64,000 bases of DNA from Candidatus Sumerlaeaceae bacterium (GTDB taxonomy: Bacteria; Sumerlaeota; Sumerlaeia; Sumerlaeales; Sumerlaeaceae): contig JBPCLP010000011.1 in the NCBI GenBank assembly GCA_051003195.1, positions 96,001 to 160,000 on the forward strand, written 5' to 3'. The stretch's first letter is position 1. Each line of letters starts with the position of its first letter. The notes beneath the pieces are model-generated. The model did not search any database and was not told the origin of the DNA. It saw only the letters and a list, made by a program, of their open reading frames with translations. The translations under genes and the position numbers were made by a program. Positions 59,469-64,000 of this stretch are shown in pieces.

Positions 59469-60350
59469 ATGAGGCGCTCCAGCCACCTCGCGCCTGCGGC
59501 GATGCCGTATCTGTTTCTTCTGCCGGCCTTCCTGCTGCTTACGCTGGTGCTTTATGTCCCGATCGGGCAAACGATCCTGAACGCGTTTTACGAACTCGAC
59601 CGGTATGGCAACAAAACCGGCTGGGCGGGGCTGGCTAACTTCAGGAGTACTTTTGAGGATACCGACTTTCGGTTCGCCTTTAAGAACACGGTGGTCTGGA
59701 CGGCGGCAGTCGTGATCCTCACATTATTCATCTCGTTTGTAGCCGCGCTTTTTCTCCACCGGCAGTTCGCCGGCAGGCGCATCGCACGCGCCATTCTCGT
59801 GCTGCCCTGGGCATCCTCGCTGGTCATCAGCGCGCTGGTGTGGCGCTACATTCTCGACGGTGAGCTCGGCCCGTTCAACGCGCTTCTCGGCAAACTGCAC
59901 CTGATTTCCGAGCCTGTGTACTGGCTCGCTACCCGCACCACCAGCTTCCCCGCGATGATCGGCGTCGCAGTGTTTGTTTCGATTCCATTTACCACCACGG
60001 TTCTTCTGGCTGGATTGCAGGCGATTCCGAACGAACTACTCGAAGCGGCACGCGTAGACGGCGCTTCTCCCATGCGCGTGCTGCGCAGTGTGACGCTGCC
60101 TCACCTCAGTGACGTGCTGGCCATCGCTACCATCATCAATGTCATCCACGTGTTCAATTCGTTCCCGATTGTCTGGACGATGACGCACGGAGATCCGGCC
60201 GGCACGACTGACATCGTTATGACGCACCTCTACAAAAAGGCGTTCACCGACCAGCAGTTTGCCGTCGCGAGCGCAGAGTCGGTCATCGTTTTTGCGGCGC
60301 TCCTCGCATTCAGTATTATCTACACCATGCGTATGCGGAAGCAGGACTGA
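59469..60350 (+). CDS. Carbohydrate ABC transporter permease 1
   Basis: YLFLLPA, GLANF, LAGLQAIP.EL.EAARVDGAS EAA loop. Confidence 0.92.
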   Translation: MRRSSHLAPAAMPYLFLLPAFLLLTLVLYVPIGQTILNAFYELDRYGNKTGWAGLANFRSTFEDTDFRFAFKNTVVWTAAVVILTLFISFVAALFLHRQFAGRRIARAILVLPWASSLVISALVWRYILDGELGPFNALLGKLHLISEPVYWLATRTTSFPAMIGVAVFVSIPFTTTVLLAGLQAIPNELLEAARVDGASPMRVLRSVTLPHLSDVLAIATIINVIHVFNSFPIVWTMTHGDPAGTTDIVMTHLYKKAFTDQQFAVASAESVIVFAALLAFSIIYTMRMRKQD

Positions 60351-60353
60351 GCC

Positions 60354-61271
60354 ATGCGCACCGTTTCACGCAGAAGCCTTTATTCTGTCGGAACATACGC
60401 GTTCGTGATACCGTTCTCGGCAATTCTGCTTTCGCCCTTTGTCCTGATGTTTCTTTCCGCGCTCAAGACCAACGCCGAAATTTTTGTTCCCTGGGACGAA
60501 TTCAATTTTCTCCCGCATCCGCCACAGTGGGGAAACTTTCTCGCGATGGGACACGAAGTCTCCAACATCGGACGATACTTTCTTAATTCGACCCTGACAT
60601 CCACGGGGTCCACTGCGCTCGCAATCGCGGCAGCACTTCCTGCTGCTTACGCGCTTGCGCGTTTTCGATTTCCCGGCCGGAATGCTTTCCTGCAACTGGT
60701 TCTCATCACTGAGATGTTTTCGCCGATCGTGATCATCGTGGGTGTCTACAAACTCTTCGCCGGAACGTCGGTGGCCTGGTTTTATAACCTGCTGGGGGCA
60801 GTGGGCCTGCGCGGGATGTTGCCGGAGGTGCTTCCAGAAACGCTGATCGACAACCTGTTCGGGCTCGTGCTGCTGAACGCAGCCTTCAACCTCGCGTTCG
60901 CGATCTGGCTGCTGAAGGGGTACTTCAGCACGGTGCCCAGGGAGATCGAGGAAGCGGCATGGGTGGACGGCTGCTCCTGGTGGCAGGCACTCACGCGCGT
61001 GATGATGCCGCTAGCCGCACCTGGAATTGCGACCGCTGTCATTTTCACGTTCATCGCGGCTTGGAATGAATTCCTGTTTGCGCTGACGCTGCTTCGCACT
61101 TCAGAAAAGCGACCGGTCATCGTTGGGCTCTTCTCGCTGATTGGACAGTTCGAGGTGCAATGGAATTACGTGATGGCCGGCGCACTCCTGGCCGTTGTCC
61201 CGGTCGTGATCCTTTTCTGGGCCGCGGAAAAGCATCTGGTGAGCGGACTGACCTCGGGGGCCATTAAATAA
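60354..61271 (+). CDS. Carbohydrate ABC transporter permease 2
   Basis: AAYALAR..F.GR, P.EIEEAA.VDG, AWNEF.FA, G.T.GA.K. Confidence 0.92.
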   Translation: MRTVSRRSLYSVGTYAFVIPFSAILLSPFVLMFLSALKTNAEIFVPWDEFNFLPHPPQWGNFLAMGHEVSNIGRYFLNSTLTSTGSTALAIAAALPAAYALARFRFPGRNAFLQLVLITEMFSPIVIIVGVYKLFAGTSVAWFYNLLGAVGLRGMLPEVLPETLIDNLFGLVLLNAAFNLAFAIWLLKGYFSTVPREIEEAAWVDGCSWWQALTRVMMPLAAPGIATAVIFTFIAAWNEFLFALTLLRTSEKRPVIVGLFSLIGQFEVQWNYVMAGALLAVVPVVILFWAAEKHLVSGLTSGAIK

Positions 61272-61293
61272 CACGGGTGTTGCTTTAACGGGA

Positions 61294-62586
61294 TTGGCTC
61301 TGAAATCCTGCGCCTCGATGAACGCCGGTTCCGCCGCCCCAGCATACCAGATTCGCGCCCTGCGCCTGCGTGTAGCTGTGCCCTGTGAACCCGAGTGGGT
61401 GGACCAGCAGATTACTGCGGCGGCCGAAGCCGGGTTTAACCAGGTGATTGTCGACGCCTTTTTTCGGGGAATCACGTGTTTCCCGTCCAGGTCGTGCAAA
61501 CAGTTCGGCCTGCCCAGGCTTCACTCGATCTTCCACAAGACGGATTTCCTGGCAGTCGCCGCCGAATCAGCGAGGAGAAACGAACTGCACCTGGTTGCCG
61601 CAATCGACTGTCTGCACTGTGGATCGAAGAATGACACTCCGCGCAGCCCGATTAACGCGCGCGGCTTTCGCGTGTGGCGCAATGCCAGCAAGGACGGCTG
61701 GCTAGGCATGCACCGCGAAGGCGATACGGACGATGTTCTCCTGTGCCCGTCCAATCCTGACGTCTCGGATTTTCTTGGCACGCTCGCAGCCGAACTTACG
61801 GACGCGTACCCATTGGATGGATTGCTGCTGAACGGGCTGCAGTTCGGGCCGAAGGGCGGTACGCATCCCGGCCGATGCTTCTGCGCGAGCTGCGTGCATT
61901 CTTCGGACTTCCCTGCACCCGACAGTGCTAGCGATTGGGACAGCTTCCGGCTGAAGCAGCTATCGGAGCTTGTTGGTCGAATCAAGGCACGTGCCCGGCA
62001 GAGCAGACGCACTTTGCGGCTATGGGGCCAGTTTCCTTTGCTGCCAGGTTTGCAGGATGAACAACTCGTGCTACGCGATTTCGACCAGGAACTGTTCGAC
62101 GTCGATGTGATGCCGTTTCAGCCGAGTGATGATCTTCAGCCGGCGCACTCTGTTGGAGTCGAGGTTGCGCAGTTTGACGCCGCAGATGAGGCGTCACTGG
62201 TCGAGGCAGTTAAACTGGCGGAAGTGAGTTTTCCTCTCGGTTTTGTTTGCCGGTGGACTTCCCGCCATACGCCGGACCCGGCACTTCTCGCAGAACTGGC
62301 TGCCATACAGACTGTGCCCCCGGATCGCGATCCACTCGGTGCCGCCCGCAAGTGGCTTCAGTTGTCCGCCCAGGCAGGCGATGCGGAACCGGGAAAGCGC
62401 GCCCGCCAGTGCCTGGCCCTTTGGGAGAGTGCGGGCACGGACGAGGAATTACCGCTGGAGCGAATTCACGCAATCATTGAACCCGCGTTACCCCCGGAGG
62501 GTTCAGACGAGCCTGTTGAACGCGAGGCACAAGCGCTGGCTCGTGCTTTCGCCCTTCTGCGTCTCGCGATTATGGTCCGGGAGTAA
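61294..62586 (+). CDS. Glycoside hydrolase-like (GHL10/DUF187) TIM-barrel protein, divergent
   Basis: AGFN.V.V..F..G...FPS, LCPSNPDV...L.....EL...Y..DG..L, CFC..C; start uncertain. Confidence 0.6.
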   Translation: MALKSCASMNAGSAAPAYQIRALRLRVAVPCEPEWVDQQITAAAEAGFNQVIVDAFFRGITCFPSRSCKQFGLPRLHSIFHKTDFLAVAAESARRNELHLVAAIDCLHCGSKNDTPRSPINARGFRVWRNASKDGWLGMHREGDTDDVLLCPSNPDVSDFLGTLAAELTDAYPLDGLLLNGLQFGPKGGTHPGRCFCASCVHSSDFPAPDSASDWDSFRLKQLSELVGRIKARARQSRRTLRLWGQFPLLPGLQDEQLVLRDFDQELFDVDVMPFQPSDDLQPAHSVGVEVAQFDAADEASLVEAVKLAEVSFPLGFVCRWTSRHTPDPALLAELAAIQTVPPDRDPLGAARKWLQLSAQAGDAEPGKRARQCLALWESAGTDEELPLERIHAIIEPALPPEGSDEPVEREAQALARAFALLRLAIMVRE

Positions 62587-63544
62587 GGCGGCCGCACGCC
62601 ACTGCTGCTGCGGTATACAGCGACTCCAGGTAAGGCGTGTGCAGTCCAGCATTCTGCGCGCGTCGAAGCGGCTCGCCCAGTATGGACTCTGTTTCTGGTG
62701 CGCGCCCTTCTTCGTAATCGATCTGCATCGAGGTGCGATACGGTCCCATGGTCTCGGAGTTGCGCATCATCTTGTCTGCGAGCTCTGACTCCAGTTCTAC
62801 ACCGTCCGAACGTGCGGCTGTGATCACATCGTTCATGAGATGGCGGGCGCGCTGGCGCAGTTCGGGTGAAGCGAGCACTTCGGCGACATTCGCCCGCGCT
62901 TCCACGCCCAACCCATTGAACGGGACGTTCCACACCAACTTTTCCCACCTGGCCCGCAGCAGCGAATTGTACACCTGGCAACGGACACCTGCTGACTCGA
63001 ACATCGCGCCGATGGCGTGCGTTCGCGGCTGTGCCGTGCCACGGAACTCCCCCAGGCGAATCCAGCCATGGTCGATGTGATGAATGACACCGGGCGCGAT
63101 TCGATTGCTGCAAAGGAACGCGATTCCGCCGAGCACGCGGCCGGATGCATTTTCGCCTCCCAGCACTTCGGCGATCCGCTCTTCGTTGCCAAGTCCGTTC
63201 TGTAGCGTGAGCACCAGCGTCTTTGCATCTGCGGTCGGTTCGAGCAGCGCTGGTAACGCCGCATTATCCCCGCTTTTTAATCCAATGAGCAGCAGGTCAC
63301 AGCGGCCCAGTTTTTCCGCCGCGTCGTAAACGGGCGGGTGCAGAACGAAGTCGCCCTCGAAGGATTTCACGTGGAGTCCATTTGAACTCACCGCTTCGTA
63401 ATCGCGGCGCATTAGAAAGTGCACATCGTGACCGGCACGGGCGAGCCGCGCACCGTAAAATGCCCCAAGCGCGCCAGCACCTATCACGCCTATTCTGCCT
63501 TTAAAGGCTTCAGCCATAATCTGCATGCTCGGGTGCGCCGCCAC
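62570..63544 (-). CDS. panE: 2-dehydropantoate 2-reductase (ketopantoate reductase family)
   Basis: IGAGALG.FYG, LQNGLG.E, WEKLVWN.PFNG, TSMQ.D...GR..E.E.I.G. Confidence 0.9.
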   Translation of the reverse strand: MAAHPSMQIMAEAFKGRIGVIGAGALGAFYGARLARAGHDVHFLMRRDYEAVSSNGLHVKSFEGDFVLHPPVYDAAEKLGRCDLLLIGLKSGDNAALPALLEPTADAKTLVLTLQNGLGNEERIAEVLGGENASGRVLGGIAFLCSNRIAPGVIHHIDHGWIRLGEFRGTAQPRTHAIGAMFESAGVRCQVYNSLLRARWEKLVWNVPFNGLGVEARANVAEVLASPELRQRARHLMNDVITAARSDGVELESELADKMMRNSETMGPYRTSMQIDYEEGRAPETESILGEPLRRAQNAGLHTPYLESLYTAAAVACGRLTPGP

Positions 63545-63607
63545 AACCGGTCAAGCTCCGCTGCAAAATTCTTTGCGTCTGGCAAACGCATGGCACTGGG
63601 TTGTGCA

Positions 63608-64000
63608 ATGACAACCGCAGCAAACGCGCATATCTTTCCCAATTGCGACATCGGACCGGACAGCTCCATCGGCGCTTTCGTGGTGATCGGAGAACCACCT
63701 GCCGGCGAACAGGCTGGTGGCCTCGTAACGCGCATCGGCGCGTCTGCCATCATCCGCTCGCACACCGTCATCTATGCTGGCAACAGCATCGGCGACCATT
63801 TCCAGAGCGGCCATGGTGCGCTTATCCGCGAACACAACCAGATCGACGACCATGTCAGCATCGGCTCGCATTCCATCATCGAGCATCATGTGCAGATTGG
63901 CAACCGGGTCCGCATTCACTCGAACGCGTTCGTGCCGGAATACACGATTTTGGAGAATGGATGCTGGCTGGGACCAAATGTCTGCATTACCAACGCCAGC
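63608..64000 (+). CDS. Hexapeptide-repeat (left-handed beta-helix) acyltransferase, 3'-truncated by the window edge
   Basis: MTTAANAHIFPNCDIGPDSSIGAFVVIGEPP...IRSHTVIYAGNSIGDHFQSGHGALIRE...IG..V.IHS..FVPE..; frame open to the end of the window. Confidence 0.85.
   Translation, partial: MTTAANAHIFPNCDIGPDSSIGAFVVIGEPPAGEQAGGLVTRIGASAIIRSHTVIYAGNSIGDHFQSGHGALIREHNQIDDHVSIGSHSIIEHHVQIGNRVRIHSNAFVPEYTILENGCWLGPNVCITNAS

Overview
GC-rich chromosomal window of a diderm (Gram-negative) bacterium: lpxI, an O-antigen ligase, rpoN and murB are present. The gene and repeat style resembles PVC/Sumerlaeota-type lineages, but this is only an impression. Main blocks: (1) ispDF and a transaldolase-PGI fusion. 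(2) A minus-strand uronic-acid polysaccharide catabolic cluster (6.3-19.3 kb): ExuT-like MFS transporter, heparinase II/III-family lyase, two paralogous uncharacterised secreted lyase-like proteins, a DxDxDG-rich protein, kduD, an IolB/KduI-fold isomerase and DUF4861, with a divergent glycoside hydrolase. (3) Housekeeping genes: topoisomerase IB, hisD, CofG-like radical SAM, cohesin protein, M3 peptidase, tRNA-Lys, rpoN, glyA, rpiB, ptsI, an orphan BMC shell gene, lpxI, tRNA-Cys and a nucleotide-sugar dehydrogenase. (4) A partly lower-GC defence-like island (about 41.0-49.1 kb): MmeI-family RM enzyme, HEPN, PIN, ParB-like, membrane-anchored Mrr-Zn ribbon and a small Cys protein, bracketed by an inverted 19-40 bp motif that is repeated with a 240-bp period on the right. 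(5) argG, aldo-keto reductase, envelope genes, murB, ABC permeases and panE. Non-coding DNA holds several palindromic repeat families: a 7-unit hairpin array with a higher-order period, a 3-copy asymmetric hairpin+tail element, and REP-like palindromes read in frame inside secreted-protein genes. A 47-aa Cys-rich lipoprotein gene missed by the ORF track is also present. All functional calls come from motif recognition by eye; no searches were run.
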